DNA of 64,000 nucleotides, taken from contig CAVOHZ010000008.1 in NCBI GenBank assembly GCA_963695855.1, positions 416,001-480,000 on the forward strand, read 5' to 3'. The notes under the pieces were generated by a model. That model searched no databases and was not told the DNA's origin. It saw only the letters and a program-made list of their open reading frames with translations. This document shows, piece by piece, positions 36,096 to 46,589 of this stretch. The translations under genes and the position numbers were made by a program. How positions within the stretch are numbered: the first letter of the stretch is position 1; each line of letters starts with the position of its first letter. Source of the stretch: an uncultured Nitrososphaerales archaeon (GTDB lineage Archaea > Thermoproteota > Nitrososphaeria > Nitrososphaerales > Nitrososphaeraceae).

Positions 36096-36689
36096 TTATT
36101 CTTTAAGCTCTTCTCTTTTTTCTCTGTCTATTAAATTTCTAGCATAAAGGATATCAGAAATTTCTGTCATCGTTATTAAAAACTTTAGGTCAATATCTAT
36201 TTGCGTGTATTTCTCGATTATTTCATTATTTCCCCTAAAAAGTATTGATAATACATTATTGACTTTTGCACCATGATTTCTGATTACCTTTATTGCATGT
36301 TTTAAGGACTGTCCTGTTGTAATTACATCGTCTATTAGTAAGACATTTTGATTCTCTTGCAATTTTCCTTCAATTAAATTGTTACCTCCGTAACCTTTTG
36401 ACTCCTTTCTTATGTATATCAGAGGTCTGAAGATTTCATACGCTAATGCAGACGTAAATACTAAACCTGATGTCGGAACTGTAGCTAAACAGTCAAATTC
36501 CAATCCATCGTCTATTATCTTATCTCTTAAGGAAATTATCGTTTGATGAAAGATTGCTGGATGACTCTGTATATTTCTGAGGTCTACGTAATAACTACTA
36601 TCTAATCCGCTAGAAAGTCTAAATTTACCGACTTTGAGCGAATTAGACTGGATTAAGTAGGTTGCAAAATTAACTAGAAAATCTTCCAT
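36096..36689 (-). CDS. pyrE: Orotate phosphoribosyltransferase
   Basis: GKFRLSSG..S.YYVDLR, YIRKE.KGYG, LLIDDVITTG.S. Start set at the ATG at 36689 to avoid overlap with the divergent gene. Confidence 0.93.
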   Translation of the reverse strand: MEDFLVNFATYLIQSNSLKVGKFRLSSGLDSSYYVDLRNIQSHPAIFHQTIISLRDKIIDDGLEFDCLATVPTSGLVFTSALAYEIFRPLIYIRKESKGYGGNNLIEGKLQENQNVLLIDDVITTGQSLKHAIKVIRNHGAKVNNVLSILFRGNNEIIEKYTQIDIDLKFLITMTEISDILYARNLIDREKREELKE

Positions 36690-36740
36690 TTCAATCTTAA
36701 TGTGAAAGAGATTTATTTTAACTCTTTTAGATAATTCTTC

Positions 36741-37847
36741 ATGCCCGAAATATGGCTTGGCTACGGAACTTCGAACGTAGTTCTTGATATCAAACAAGAA
36801 AATTTAAGTCACTTTGTACCTACACCACAGATTTTCTCCAAAGAATATTTATATAATTTTCTATCAAATATCAATTTTTTAAAAAAAACTCTATTCTTTC
36901 CCTTATCGGGTTCTAAAGCGGTAATAAAAATAATCTCATTATTGATTGACATCTCTAATTCTAATCCAGATTTTGAGATAGAAATTGGCACTTATCCAAT
37001 AATATTTCAGCTAATTAGGACTTATTTTTCTAATTACAGAAAACCAATTACACAAATAGAAAAACAGGATCTCCTTGACAAAATTAAAAAATATAATCAG
37101 GTTGTTTTTATTTCCAGAGTATATCACGATCCTTTGTTTGGATTCCATGGAACTCCTTCTATTCTAATGAGAAATTCAGGCAATAATTTGATGAATCAAC
37201 TTTTTTCATCTTCTTCAATGGAATTTCCAAAACCAGGTACAGTAGGTGAACCACTTAAAATGGCTTTAGAATTTTGTAATAAATTAAATATATACTCAAT
37301 AGATCTGGTTTCCTATAATTCAGATATCGTGGGTATACATTATGGTAATACTATCTCTAGTTTTCAAGAATCTATTTCAAGCTTAAATTCCATAGTCACA
37401 TTATATGATGGAGAAAATAGGGCAATCATTGCTAGCTCAGGATATGAATATGAGAATCATCTCACTCTAAGCAATTCATTGAATTTTCTCTGGAATATTG
37501 TACCCTTACTTAGAAAAAATGGATCTGCTGTACTGTTATCTGAAAGTAGCGGCGGTATTGGGGAAGGAGCATTAAAAATGTATATCGAGGGAAGACTATC
37601 CATGAATGAAATCAAGAACGGTAATTATATTAGTGGACTGGAACATCTAATTTTTCTTAAATGTTTACGGGATGAGTATAATCTTGGAATTGTTTCGTCA
37701 CTGCCCTTCTATTATACACGTAAAAAACTTGGTCTTACACCCTTTAACAATGTGAAGGAAATTCTGGAGAATTTCTTGTCAAAATATGGCAAGAATAGTA
37801 AAGTCATAGTATGTCCCGATCCAGATAGTACATTGCTTCGAAAATAG
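36741..37847 (+). CDS. Divergent LarA/DUF2088-like protein
   Basis: IWLGYG N-terminus, DPLFGFHG, and a C-terminal domain with SSGY, LRKNGSAVLLSESSGGIG and VIVCPD resembling the lactate-racemase fold. Confidence 0.55.
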   Translation: MPEIWLGYGTSNVVLDIKQENLSHFVPTPQIFSKEYLYNFLSNINFLKKTLFFPLSGSKAVIKIISLLIDISNSNPDFEIEIGTYPIIFQLIRTYFSNYRKPITQIEKQDLLDKIKKYNQVVFISRVYHDPLFGFHGTPSILMRNSGNNLMNQLFSSSSMEFPKPGTVGEPLKMALEFCNKLNIYSIDLVSYNSDIVGIHYGNTISSFQESISSLNSIVTLYDGENRAIIASSGYEYENHLTLSNSLNFLWNIVPLLRKNGSAVLLSESSGGIGEGALKMYIEGRLSMNEIKNGNYISGLEHLIFLKCLRDEYNLGIVSSLPFYYTRKKLGLTPFNNVKEILENFLSKYGKNSKVIVCPDPDSTLLRK

Positions 37848-37989
37848 ATGATAAATTGATATTAAAGAATTCTTTTATGTGCAGAGCATAGAAACATGTA
37901 ATATGTGTAAGATGTCGATTTATCGATTCATTTTTTAATTTACTGCCTATATAAAGTTATATACTTTATCAAAATTACTCATAATACAT

Positions 37990-38487
37990 TTGCAATCTGT
38001 ACTCAGGAATATTGGTGATTATATTATTCGTCAGTGTGAAGAGAAAGACCTTGAATTTGTGATAAACATAAATCTCAGGACACTGCCAGAACATTATTCT
38101 GATTATTTTTTTAGCTCAATTTTGACAGAATTACCTGAAGCTTTCATTGTTGCAGAATTTAAAAATCAGATTGTGGGCTATATAATGTGCAAAATTGAAT
38201 TTGGTTTTTCGAATTTTCGTAAGCTTGGTTTTGTAAAAAAAGGACATGTGGTATCAATTGCTGTATTGGAGGAACATAGGGGAAAAGGAATAGGAAAAGC
38301 GTTAATGTTCGAAGGAATTAACGGAATTCTTAGGAGAAAAAGTGATGAAATTTATTTGGAAGTAAGAGTGAGTAACAAAATCGCAGTTAAATTATATCAA
38401 GATATTGGCTTTATTATTAAATCTAGACTTAGTTCATATTATCGAGATGGTGAAGATGCTTATTTGATGTCACGAGACCTTAGTTAG
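37990..38487 (+). CDS. rimI: N-terminal acetyltransferase Ard1/RimI (GNAT)
   Basis: LPEHY, VGYIMC, GHVVSIAV...RGKGIG, LEVRVSN, YYRDGEDAYLM. Confidence 0.93.
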   Translation: MQSVLRNIGDYIIRQCEEKDLEFVININLRTLPEHYSDYFFSSILTELPEAFIVAEFKNQIVGYIMCKIEFGFSNFRKLGFVKKGHVVSIAVLEEHRGKGIGKALMFEGINGILRRKSDEIYLEVRVSNKIAVKLYQDIGFIIKSRLSSYYRDGEDAYLMSRDLS

Positions 38488-38523
38488 AGATATATAATAT
38501 CTCAATGTGGTTCTTTTATAAGA

Positions 38524-38736
38524 ATGAAAGGTAATAAAACTACCGGAATCTTTCTTTTAACTGTTCCTTCGTTGTTATTTTTTCTATATGTTTATTTGTT
38601 ATTTTCCTCTCATCTGGATCTATTCATAATTAAACTTACCATTACAGCTACAGTTGGTGTAGTTATTACTGTATTTGTTTGGATAGGTTATACTATGGTA
38701 TCCTCAACTCATAATACCGAATTACCTGATAACTAG
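38524..38736 (+). CDS. Small two-TM membrane protein
   Basis: 70 aa, two hydrophobic helices, WIGYTM motif. Confidence 0.7.
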   Translation: MKGNKTTGIFLLTVPSLLFFLYVYLLFSSHLDLFIIKLTITATVGVVITVFVWIGYTMVSSTHNTELPDN

Positions 38737-38747
38737 ATCCAAAAAAT

Positions 38748-39587
38748 TTAAAATAACTCTATATCAGTCACAATTTGGTAAATTCTAGGACCCACTTCTC
38801 TTACTACTCTGCACGAAACAATTCTACTGTTATAAGATCCAAACACATTATTACTATAGTTTTTACCTTCTTCAAGTGAGCATAATTTATTATGGGATTT
38901 TATATGAGCAAAAAAGTGAATTATTCCCTTCTTATTTTTAAGTGCTAAAATTGCTAAATCAATAAATTCAAAAGCTCTCTCTGGAAGAGGCATTAGAACT
39001 CTTGTAGCGATACCTGCTAGTTTATTTGGTATTACTTCAGTTACGTTTCCAAGAATCGGAATAACTCTATTTTCAACCCTATTCAATTTAGTATTAGCTA
39101 AACAAAGTTCTGTAGCAGTAGGATTCGAATCAATACTATGTACTGTGCAATTTGTTTTTTTAGCCAGTATTATCGAATATGTGCCAATACCTCCAAACAT
39201 ATTTACTATCACTTCTTTATCTTTTATTAATCTAGAAATTCTCAGTCTTTCTGTTGATAAACGTGGTGAAAAATATGTTTTTGAAACATCAACCTTGAAA
39301 ATACATCCGTGTTCCTTGTATTCTGTAATGGTTTTCTCTTCTCCTGCCAAAAATTCTAATTGCCTTATTCGATGGTCACCTTGTACTGGTGATATTTGTT
39401 GAAATACCGTGTTTACGGATTTGATCTTTTTCAATAACGTATTTGCGATTATTTCTTTCTTGGAAAGAAGACTGTCTGGAATTTTAATAATAATAATATC
39501 TCCAATAATATCAAAAGATGAATATACTTTAGTAATTTCGTCAATTGTCAAAATATCTTTTAATGTTTCTTTAAGCATACGTGGCAT
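38748..39587 (-). CDS. Trm5/Taw2 (Met-10+) family SAM-dependent tRNA G37 modification enzyme
   Basis: FDIIGDI, EHGCIFKVDV...YFSPRLSTER, NMFGGIG, RVLMPLP. Confidence 0.9.
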   Translation of the reverse strand: MPRMLKETLKDILTIDEITKVYSSFDIIGDIIIIKIPDSLLSKKEIIANTLLKKIKSVNTVFQQISPVQGDHRIRQLEFLAGEEKTITEYKEHGCIFKVDVSKTYFSPRLSTERLRISRLIKDKEVIVNMFGGIGTYSIILAKKTNCTVHSIDSNPTATELCLANTKLNRVENRVIPILGNVTEVIPNKLAGIATRVLMPLPERAFEFIDLAILALKNKKGIIHFFAHIKSHNKLCSLEEGKNYSNNVFGSYNSRIVSCRVVREVGPRIYQIVTDIELF

Positions 39588-39592
39588 ATTTT

Positions 39593-41389
39593 TTATCTGT
39601 TTAAATAGTAATACTCTCCTGATCCTTTTTGTACTTTATCGAGTCTACTCATATCCTTGTTTACCCTAGGTCTTCCTGTACTATCATCTCTTCTATAAGT
39701 AATTGATAGATTTTTTAGGAATTGATTCATCCCTTTTACTTTAGACATCGGTTCAGAGGCGTAACCTTCTATTCCTGAATTCCCTTCAAAGATTATTAAT
39801 GTATCGGAAACAATATCTATCAATTGCATATCATGGTCAATAATTATAGCTGATTTATTTTGTGCCCTTACAAATCTTTGAATAAATTTTGCCAACGCTA
39901 TTCTTTCTTCTATATCTATGAAAGCAGATGGTTCATCAAATGCGTAAATTTCAGCATCTTGCATTAAAGTAGCTGTGATCGCTACTTTCTGTAGTTCTCC
40001 TCCACTTAAATTTTTAAAATTTTTCTCATATAATTTTTTTATACCCATAGGAATAATTATCTGTTCTTCAACAGAACTTCCCTCGATCACATTTTGATAA
40101 CGAGAATATAATAATGACTTAACGTCCCCGTCATAATCCTGACTTATATATTGTGGTTTATATGATATTTTAGGATTAATCTCTACCACTCCCTCATCAG
40201 TTTTTTCTATACCTGCAATTATCTTCATAAATGTTGTTTTTCCTAGAGCATTAGCACCTGTTACTCCAATTACCTCTCCCTTTCTTATCCGTCCAGATCT
40301 GATTTTAACTATAAAGGAATCAAATCTTTTTTTTAAATTAGAATATTGAGTAACAATGGTATTTTGCAGTAAATCTTCCGTTGGACTAAAAGAATCAAAC
40401 CTAAATTTTTTTTCTCTAAATCGTACATTTTCAGAAGGAATAAATCCATCAAGAAAATTGTTTATTCCAACTTTAGTAGACTGCACACTAGACACAATTC
40501 CATAAGCTCCAGGTTCCCCATATAATATATGAATATAGTCAGACAAATAATCCAATAATGTAAGATCGTGTTCAATGATCATAACACTTTTTCCTTTTTT
40601 TGCTAAACTTTGAATTACTTTAGCTACCGCCAATCTCTGATATATATCATTATAAGACGAAGGCTCATCAAAAAAATAATAATCTGCGTCTTTTATTGTG
40701 GTAACTGCCACAGCTAACCTCTGTAATTCTCCACCACTTAATTCGCTAACATTTTTATTCAATGAATTCTTCAATCCTAATTCTTCGGATATTAGATCAA
40801 ACATATCTAACTCGTCAAATTTTTTTAGCATTTCTTTTGCGGTTCCATTGAAAAATTTAGGTATTTTATACACTAGTTGAGGTTTTATAGATAGTTTTAG
40901 ATTTCCATTTGCTAAATTTTGAAAATATGCCTTCAATTCAGTTCCGTGAAAATTTTTAATCACGTCATTCCACTCAATCTTTTCATTATATTCTCCAAAA
41001 TTGGGTTTCAAGTTACCCGATAATATGTTTATTATGGTAGATTTACCCATTCCGTTTCTTCCAAGCAAACCTACTACAGATCCCTTTTTCGGAGTTGGTA
41101 AATGATATAATCTGAATGAATTAATTCCATATTGATGGATCTTATGTTCTCCTAGTTCTTTTGGTAAATTTACTATAACTATTGCTTCGAACGGACATTT
41201 CTTTACACATATTCCACATCCAGTACATAGATCTTCTGAAATTACCGCCTTGCCATCATGTGGTCTCTGAATAATACATTCTCCTCCTGTTTTATTAATA
41301 GGACAATAGATTATGCATTCTAATCCACATTTCCTGGGTTTGCATAATTCTTCATCCAATACGGCTACTCTAGAAGATGCATCATTCAA
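39593..41389 (-). CDS. Ribosome recycling ATPase ABCE1/Rli1
   Basis: Two N-terminal [4Fe-4S] motifs (CKPRKC..EC...CP and CTGCGICVKKCP), two ABC domains (GRNGMGKST, GANALGKTT, LSGGELQ twice), TYRRD..TGRPRVNK. Confidence 0.98.
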   Translation of the reverse strand: MNDASSRVAVLDEELCKPRKCGLECIIYCPINKTGGECIIQRPHDGKAVISEDLCTGCGICVKKCPFEAIVIVNLPKELGEHKIHQYGINSFRLYHLPTPKKGSVVGLLGRNGMGKSTIINILSGNLKPNFGEYNEKIEWNDVIKNFHGTELKAYFQNLANGNLKLSIKPQLVYKIPKFFNGTAKEMLKKFDELDMFDLISEELGLKNSLNKNVSELSGGELQRLAVAVTTIKDADYYFFDEPSSYNDIYQRLAVAKVIQSLAKKGKSVMIIEHDLTLLDYLSDYIHILYGEPGAYGIVSSVQSTKVGINNFLDGFIPSENVRFREKKFRFDSFSPTEDLLQNTIVTQYSNLKKRFDSFIVKIRSGRIRKGEVIGVTGANALGKTTFMKIIAGIEKTDEGVVEINPKISYKPQYISQDYDGDVKSLLYSRYQNVIEGSSVEEQIIIPMGIKKLYEKNFKNLSGGELQKVAITATLMQDAEIYAFDEPSAFIDIEERIALAKFIQRFVRAQNKSAIIIDHDMQLIDIVSDTLIIFEGNSGIEGYASEPMSKVKGMNQFLKNLSITYRRDDSTGRPRVNKDMSRLDKVQKGSGEYYYLNR

Positions 41390-41514
41390 CTTTCTTCACT
41401 TTTATTTTTTACAATATGTATTATATCTCTTGCTAGGTTTACGTTGGTTGTTTTCTAATTTTTAATGGTCCAAGAATATTAAAAAAGATTAAATTAAACA
41501 TGATAGTTGCTATT

Positions 41515-41633
41515 TGTAGCCGGTCATAGTGGCAGGGCGCGACCCGGTCCCATACCGAACCCGGAAGTCAAACCTGTCGTCGCTGCCTAATACTGACCTA
41601 CGTGAGTGGTTGGGAAAAGGCAGTGCTGGCGTT
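41515..41633 (+). rRNA. rrf: 5S ribosomal RNA (unlinked from 16S-23S)
   Basis: GGTCATAG...CCCGGTCCCATACCGAACCCGGAAGTCAAACC...; helix I GCCGGT/GCTGGC. Ends approximate. Confidence 0.95.
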
Positions 41634-41692
41634 CTAGATATATAAGTGTCAATATTTCGTACTAGATGATATTTTGGATTTTTCAGATACTA

Positions 41693-43168
41693 TTATATCA
41701 GATTCACTAGGAGGAATTTAATAATAGTTCTTATTCCGAAACCTGTGGCTCCTTTTGGATTATATGATTTAGACAATGTTCCTTCTTGATTCCATGCAGT
41801 TCCTGCAATATCAATATGTGCCCATGGCACATCACCTACAAAATTCGATAAAAATGCAGCTGCGGTTATTGCACCGCCAGATCTTCCGCCTATATTTTTT
41901 ATATCTGCAGAATTACTTTTTATCTGTTCATGATATTCCTCAAATAAAGGTAATTCCCACAATTTCTCATAAGTACTATTGGAATGGTCGATAATCTTTT
42001 TAATTAATTCGGAATTAGTACCTATTATTCCAGCAACATTTGATCCTAGTGCGATTACACATGCTCCGGTCAGTGTAGCCATATCAATTGCCAATTTTGG
42101 TTTGTATATGCTTATTCCATAAGATAACGCATCAGCAAGAATCAATCTGCCTTCGGCGTCGGTATTTAATACTTCTACTTTCTTTCTATTATGCATTTCA
42201 ATAATGTCACTCGGTTTGTATGAAGAATCTGATGGCATATTTTCTACGGAGGGAACTATTCCTATTACATAGATCTTGGGTTTTAGTATTGATAATGCTT
42301 TCATAATGGCAATAATATTCACTCCACCGCATTTGTCAAATTTCATCTCCTCCATCCGTTCGCTAGGTTTAATGGATATCCCTCCAGAATCGAATGTTAC
42401 AGCCTTGCCTACAAGTAAAATTGGATTTTCATCATTTTTGTTTCCATGATACTCCATTATGATTAGTTTTGGTTGATTTTTACTTCCTCTCCCTACAGAT
42501 GCTATTCCATTCAATCCAAGTAATTTCATTTTCTTGAAGTCAATAATTTTTGTTTCAATTGCTTTTTTGTTAATATTTATTGCAATTTTTGCTAGATACT
42601 CAGGTGTACATTCGTTAGGTGGTAAATTACTTATATCTCTAGCAAAATTCACTGTTTCTGAAATTATCGAAGCTCTATCAATAATCGTTTGAAATTGTTT
42701 GGACTTCGAATTACAAAGTATTGCTACCGTTTGAAGATGATTTTTTTCGCTCTTTGTTTTATATTTATCAAAGGAATACGAAGACAGAATTATTCCCTCA
42801 GTAATTGCCTCTATTATTTCTTCGGATAAATCAAAAGGAACAATTGAAAATTCTTCTATATCAAATTCCTTTAAATATTGTACTATTTTTCCTGAAATTA
42901 TTCTTGCTTTTTCTGCATTAAAATCGGTTTTTTTTGCTAATCCAACAAATAAAATATTTTGTGCTGGCATCCTTGATAATGTATTTAATTCGAACATACA
43001 CCCAAATTTTGAACTATATTTATCATGAAAGTGCCTTGCTGCCTTTACTAGTTCCTTATTTAGACTATGAAATAACTGGGAATAATCTTCATCTTCAAAA
43101 TAACCTATAACCAATACTTGAGAATTTTTTTTTCCTACTTTTGTTTCATCTGCTCTTATTCTTAACAT
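41693..43168 (-). CDS. pepA: Leucyl aminopeptidase (M17)
   Basis: VGKAVTFDSGGISIKP, MKFDK, NTDAEGRL, ATLTGA, WAHIDIAG. Confidence 0.96.
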   Translation of the reverse strand: MLRIRADETKVGKKNSQVLVIGYFEDEDYSQLFHSLNKELVKAARHFHDKYSSKFGCMFELNTLSRMPAQNILFVGLAKKTDFNAEKARIISGKIVQYLKEFDIEEFSIVPFDLSEEIIEAITEGIILSSYSFDKYKTKSEKNHLQTVAILCNSKSKQFQTIIDRASIISETVNFARDISNLPPNECTPEYLAKIAININKKAIETKIIDFKKMKLLGLNGIASVGRGSKNQPKLIIMEYHGNKNDENPILLVGKAVTFDSGGISIKPSERMEEMKFDKCGGVNIIAIMKALSILKPKIYVIGIVPSVENMPSDSSYKPSDIIEMHNRKKVEVLNTDAEGRLILADALSYGISIYKPKLAIDMATLTGACVIALGSNVAGIIGTNSELIKKIIDHSNSTYEKLWELPLFEEYHEQIKSNSADIKNIGGRSGGAITAAAFLSNFVGDVPWAHIDIAGTAWNQEGTLSKSYNPKGATGFGIRTIIKFLLVNLI

Positions 43169-43324
43169 CCCTTTTGAATTCCTAATTAGAATATTTTAAA
43201 CTATTGAATTGTTTTTCCTCTTTGTAAAATAGGACCAAATTTATTACTAATGAACCAGCTAGATTTTTATCTATCGTGTTATTTTGTTCCAATATTCCAC
43301 TAAAGTGGTTTGAAGGTATAGCTT

Positions 43325-44962
43325 ATGGGATTTAGCATGCGTTATTTGGATATGAAAGCAAAAATCCGTGAAATCAGGATAAATGCTATCAAAGGAATAG
43401 CGGAAGCAGGGTCGGGTCACCCAGGTGCATCATTTTCTGCAGCCGAGATAATGGGCGTGTTGTATTTCAGAATATTAAAACACGATCCTTCAAATCCTGA
43501 ATGGTCAGGACGAGATTATTTTATCAATTCCAAAGGTCATTCTGCACCTGGTTTCTATGCAACATTGGCAGTTGCTGGATATTTTCCAACTGACGAAATG
43601 AAAGATCTTAGAAAATTCGGTTCAAGACTGCAAGGTCATCCAGTTAGATACTCTAAATACCTCGAGAATCATTCTCTACCTGGTGTAGAATATTCTGCAG
43701 GTTCTGAAGGTATAGGACTTTCTGTATCAATAGGAATTGCTCTATCTAATATTATAGATAACAAAAAAAACCGTGTCTATGTTCTATTGGGAGATGGAGA
43801 GACCAATGAGGGTCAGATATGGGAAGCTGCAATGACTGCGCCTAAATTTAAACTTGATAATCTAGTTGTGTTCCTAGATCGAAATAGGATCCAGCAAGAT
43901 GGATTTACTGAAGATATTATGCCAATAGATCCTGTGCGTGATAAATGGCTAGCATTTAACTGGAATGTCATAGAAATCAATGGTCATAAGATAGAACAAA
44001 TAATGGATGCGTTAAATAAAGCTGGTCAAATCAAGGACAAACCTACTATTATAATTGCAAACACGATAAAAGGTAATGGAATTAAACATATGGCAAATAA
44101 CCCTCAATGGCATGGCAGAGCACCACATCATAAACAAAGTCCACTATTACTACAAGAATTGGAAGGCGATTATATGATATCTCCATCAATAATCGCTGGT
44201 GAAAAGGAAAATTATGAAGAAAAGATAAGGAAAGCCGAACGTGCCGGGGCTGATATGATTCATCTGGACGTAATGGACGGTAAATTCGTTCCAAACACCA
44301 CCTTCTTAGCCGATACCATAAAAAAATTAAGACCTATAACCAATCTCCCATTTGACACCCATCTTATGATTGAAAATCCTTACGAATACATACATGAATA
44401 TATCGATGCGTCATGTGATATTATTACAGTTCACGCGGAAACATGCGATGAAGAACAGTTTATCTGCATAAGAGACAAAGTATTGTCTCATGGAATTAGC
44501 TTGGGTATTGCTATAAATCCAGAAACTAACCTTCCAAAATGGGTGTTTTCTAATCTAAATTCCATTGATGTAATAATAATAATGTCAGTTCATCCTGGGT
44601 TTTCAGGACAAAAATTTATTCCAGAAACTACATCAAAGATTTTCAATTTAAATAAAATCTTAAAAAATCATGGATTTAAGGGATATATCGAGGCTGATGG
44701 AGGAATAGATGCATCTACTGTTCAGCAAGTTTATGATGCAGGAGCTAGAATCATGGTAGCCGGAAGTGCAGTATTTTCTAATAGTGATATTAATTCAGCT
44801 ATAATACAATTGAGACATAAAACTAATGTTACCTTAGAAAGAAATCTTTTGCGCAAAGCGGATGAAAATAATATAAGAAAAGATTGGTTAGTTGCACGTA
44901 AACATATCTTGATACCACTTGCAAATGAACTTGGTATAGAGGATGAAATAAATGAATTCTAG
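43325..44962 (+). CDS. rpe: Fusion of transketolase N-terminal (TPP-binding) subunit and ribulose-phosphate 3-epimerase
   Basis: About aa 1-270: SGHPG, SKGH, LQGHP, GDGETNEG..WEA. About aa 285-495: ISPSI, HLDVMDGKFVPN, DTHLMI, MSVHPGFSGQKF, DGGI, VAGSAVF. Confidence 0.95.
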   Translation: MGFSMRYLDMKAKIREIRINAIKGIAEAGSGHPGASFSAAEIMGVLYFRILKHDPSNPEWSGRDYFINSKGHSAPGFYATLAVAGYFPTDEMKDLRKFGSRLQGHPVRYSKYLENHSLPGVEYSAGSEGIGLSVSIGIALSNIIDNKKNRVYVLLGDGETNEGQIWEAAMTAPKFKLDNLVVFLDRNRIQQDGFTEDIMPIDPVRDKWLAFNWNVIEINGHKIEQIMDALNKAGQIKDKPTIIIANTIKGNGIKHMANNPQWHGRAPHHKQSPLLLQELEGDYMISPSIIAGEKENYEEKIRKAERAGADMIHLDVMDGKFVPNTTFLADTIKKLRPITNLPFDTHLMIENPYEYIHEYIDASCDIITVHAETCDEEQFICIRDKVLSHGISLGIAINPETNLPKWVFSNLNSIDVIIIMSVHPGFSGQKFIPETTSKIFNLNKILKNHGFKGYIEADGGIDASTVQQVYDAGARIMVAGSAVFSNSDINSAIIQLRHKTNVTLERNLLRKADENNIRKDWLVARKHILIPLANELGIEDEINEF

Positions 44963-45932
44963 TGTAAAGTTTGCAGATATGAGGTCAGCTTATGGGAACA
45001 CATTAGTTGAATTAGGTATGATTAACAAAAACATTGTATGTGTTGGCGCTGATACTACTGATTCACTTAAAACCAAAAAATTTGGAGATAAATTCCCAGA
45101 AAGATTTTTCAACATCGGAATAGCAGAAGCTAATCTAGTTTCTATTGCTGCAGGCTTGGCAATGACTGGAAAAATTGCATTCGCAAGTACCTACGCTGCC
45201 TTCTTACCTGGAAGATGTCTAGATCAAATAAGAAATGCTATATGCTATCCTGACCTAAATGTAAAGTTAGTTGTATCTCATGCAGGTTTAACTGTAGGTC
45301 CAGATGGAGCTTCGCATCAACAGATAGAAGATATTGCAATTATGAGATCTATACCTAACATGAAAGTAATAACACCTTCAGATGCAGTATCTGTTACAAG
45401 ACTAATTAAAAACATTGTTGACATTCCAGGACCTTTTTATATAAGACTTGCAAGACCTTCTAGTGAAATTCTTTATGGAGAAAATGATTCTGACTTCAAG
45501 ATAGGAAAAGGAAATATTCTACGTGAGGGTTCCGATATGACTATAATTAGTTGCGGATTAATGGTATACAAATCATTACAAGCAGCAGACAATCTGAAAA
45601 AGAATCATGGTATTTCTTGTAGAGTTATAGATTGCTATTCAATAAAACCTATTGATCGTGATCTTGTAATTGCAGCTGCTAAGGAGACTGGATATATCAT
45701 CACCATTGAAGAACATAATTACATTGGAGGACTTGGCAGTGCAATTACTGAAATATGTTCTGAAGAATATCCTTGTTATGTTAAACGTCTTGGGATAAAA
45801 GATATATTTGGAGAATCTGCACGAGATTCAGAATTAAATCTCTTGCTGGAAAAGTATGGATTAACCGAAAAAGAAATAGAACGGCATGTTCTATCTACTC
45901 TATATAGAATTAAAAATGGAAATCTTTCTTGA
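44952..45932 (+). CDS. Transketolase C-terminal subunit
   Basis: RFFNIGIAEAN, GPDGASHQ, EEHNYIGGLGSA. Confidence 0.95.
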   Translation: MNSSVKFADMRSAYGNTLVELGMINKNIVCVGADTTDSLKTKKFGDKFPERFFNIGIAEANLVSIAAGLAMTGKIAFASTYAAFLPGRCLDQIRNAICYPDLNVKLVVSHAGLTVGPDGASHQQIEDIAIMRSIPNMKVITPSDAVSVTRLIKNIVDIPGPFYIRLARPSSEILYGENDSDFKIGKGNILREGSDMTIISCGLMVYKSLQAADNLKKNHGISCRVIDCYSIKPIDRDLVIAAAKETGYIITIEEHNYIGGLGSAITEICSEEYPCYVKRLGIKDIFGESARDSELNLLLEKYGLTEKEIERHVLSTLYRIKNGNLS

Positions 45933-46572
45933 TACTGCTAATTTAAAATCTATACGTCATTATAATGAAATGGGCATGGTGGACGGCATTACAACCAATC
46001 CTACTCTACTTTCTAAAGAAGATGGTAATCCAGAAGATATAATGCATGAGATAGTAAATATTGTTAAAGGTCCAGTTAATCTCGAAGTGATAGCAACAGA
46101 AACGGAACAAATGATTCAAGAGGCTCACAATCTGAAAAAATATGGCTCTAACGTCATAGTGAAAATTCCAATGATTCCTGCAGGCTTGAAGGCTGTAAAG
46201 CAATTAACTGACATCGGTATAAAGACCAATGTCACTTTGGTTTTTTCAGCTAATCAAGCTATTTTAGCCGCCAAGGCCGGCGCATCTTATGTCAGTCCTT
46301 TTATTGGTAGAATAGATGATTCTGGTCAAGAAGGCATGGCTATCATTAAAGAAATACATCAAATTTTTAAAAATTACCAATACAAATCCAAAATTCTTGT
46401 TGCAAGTATACGACATCCAATTCATGTGATTGAATCTGCAAAAATTGGAGCTGATGTAGTTACTTTGCCACCTGAAATCTTAGGGAAAATGCTTTCACAT
46501 CCTCTAACCGATAAAGGTCTTAAGCTTTTTCTTTCTGATTGGGAAAATTTGCAGAAAAAGATTATTAGGTGA
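45916..46572 (+). CDS. tal: Transaldolase / fructose-6-phosphate aldolase (short type)
   Basis: IFLDTAN, GITTNPTL, VKIP, TNVTLVFS, YVSPFIGRIDD, ASIR. Start at the ATG at 45916. Confidence 0.93.
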   Translation: MEIFLDTANLKSIRHYNEMGMVDGITTNPTLLSKEDGNPEDIMHEIVNIVKGPVNLEVIATETEQMIQEAHNLKKYGSNVIVKIPMIPAGLKAVKQLTDIGIKTNVTLVFSANQAILAAKAGASYVSPFIGRIDDSGQEGMAIIKEIHQIFKNYQYKSKILVASIRHPIHVIESAKIGADVVTLPPEILGKMLSHPLTDKGLKLFLSDWENLQKKIIR

Positions 46573-46589
46573 AAATTATCTCATTTTAT

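Noticed and set aside
41515-41633. 5S rRNA 33 kb away from the 16S-23S operon
   Set aside because: Normal organisation for this phylum
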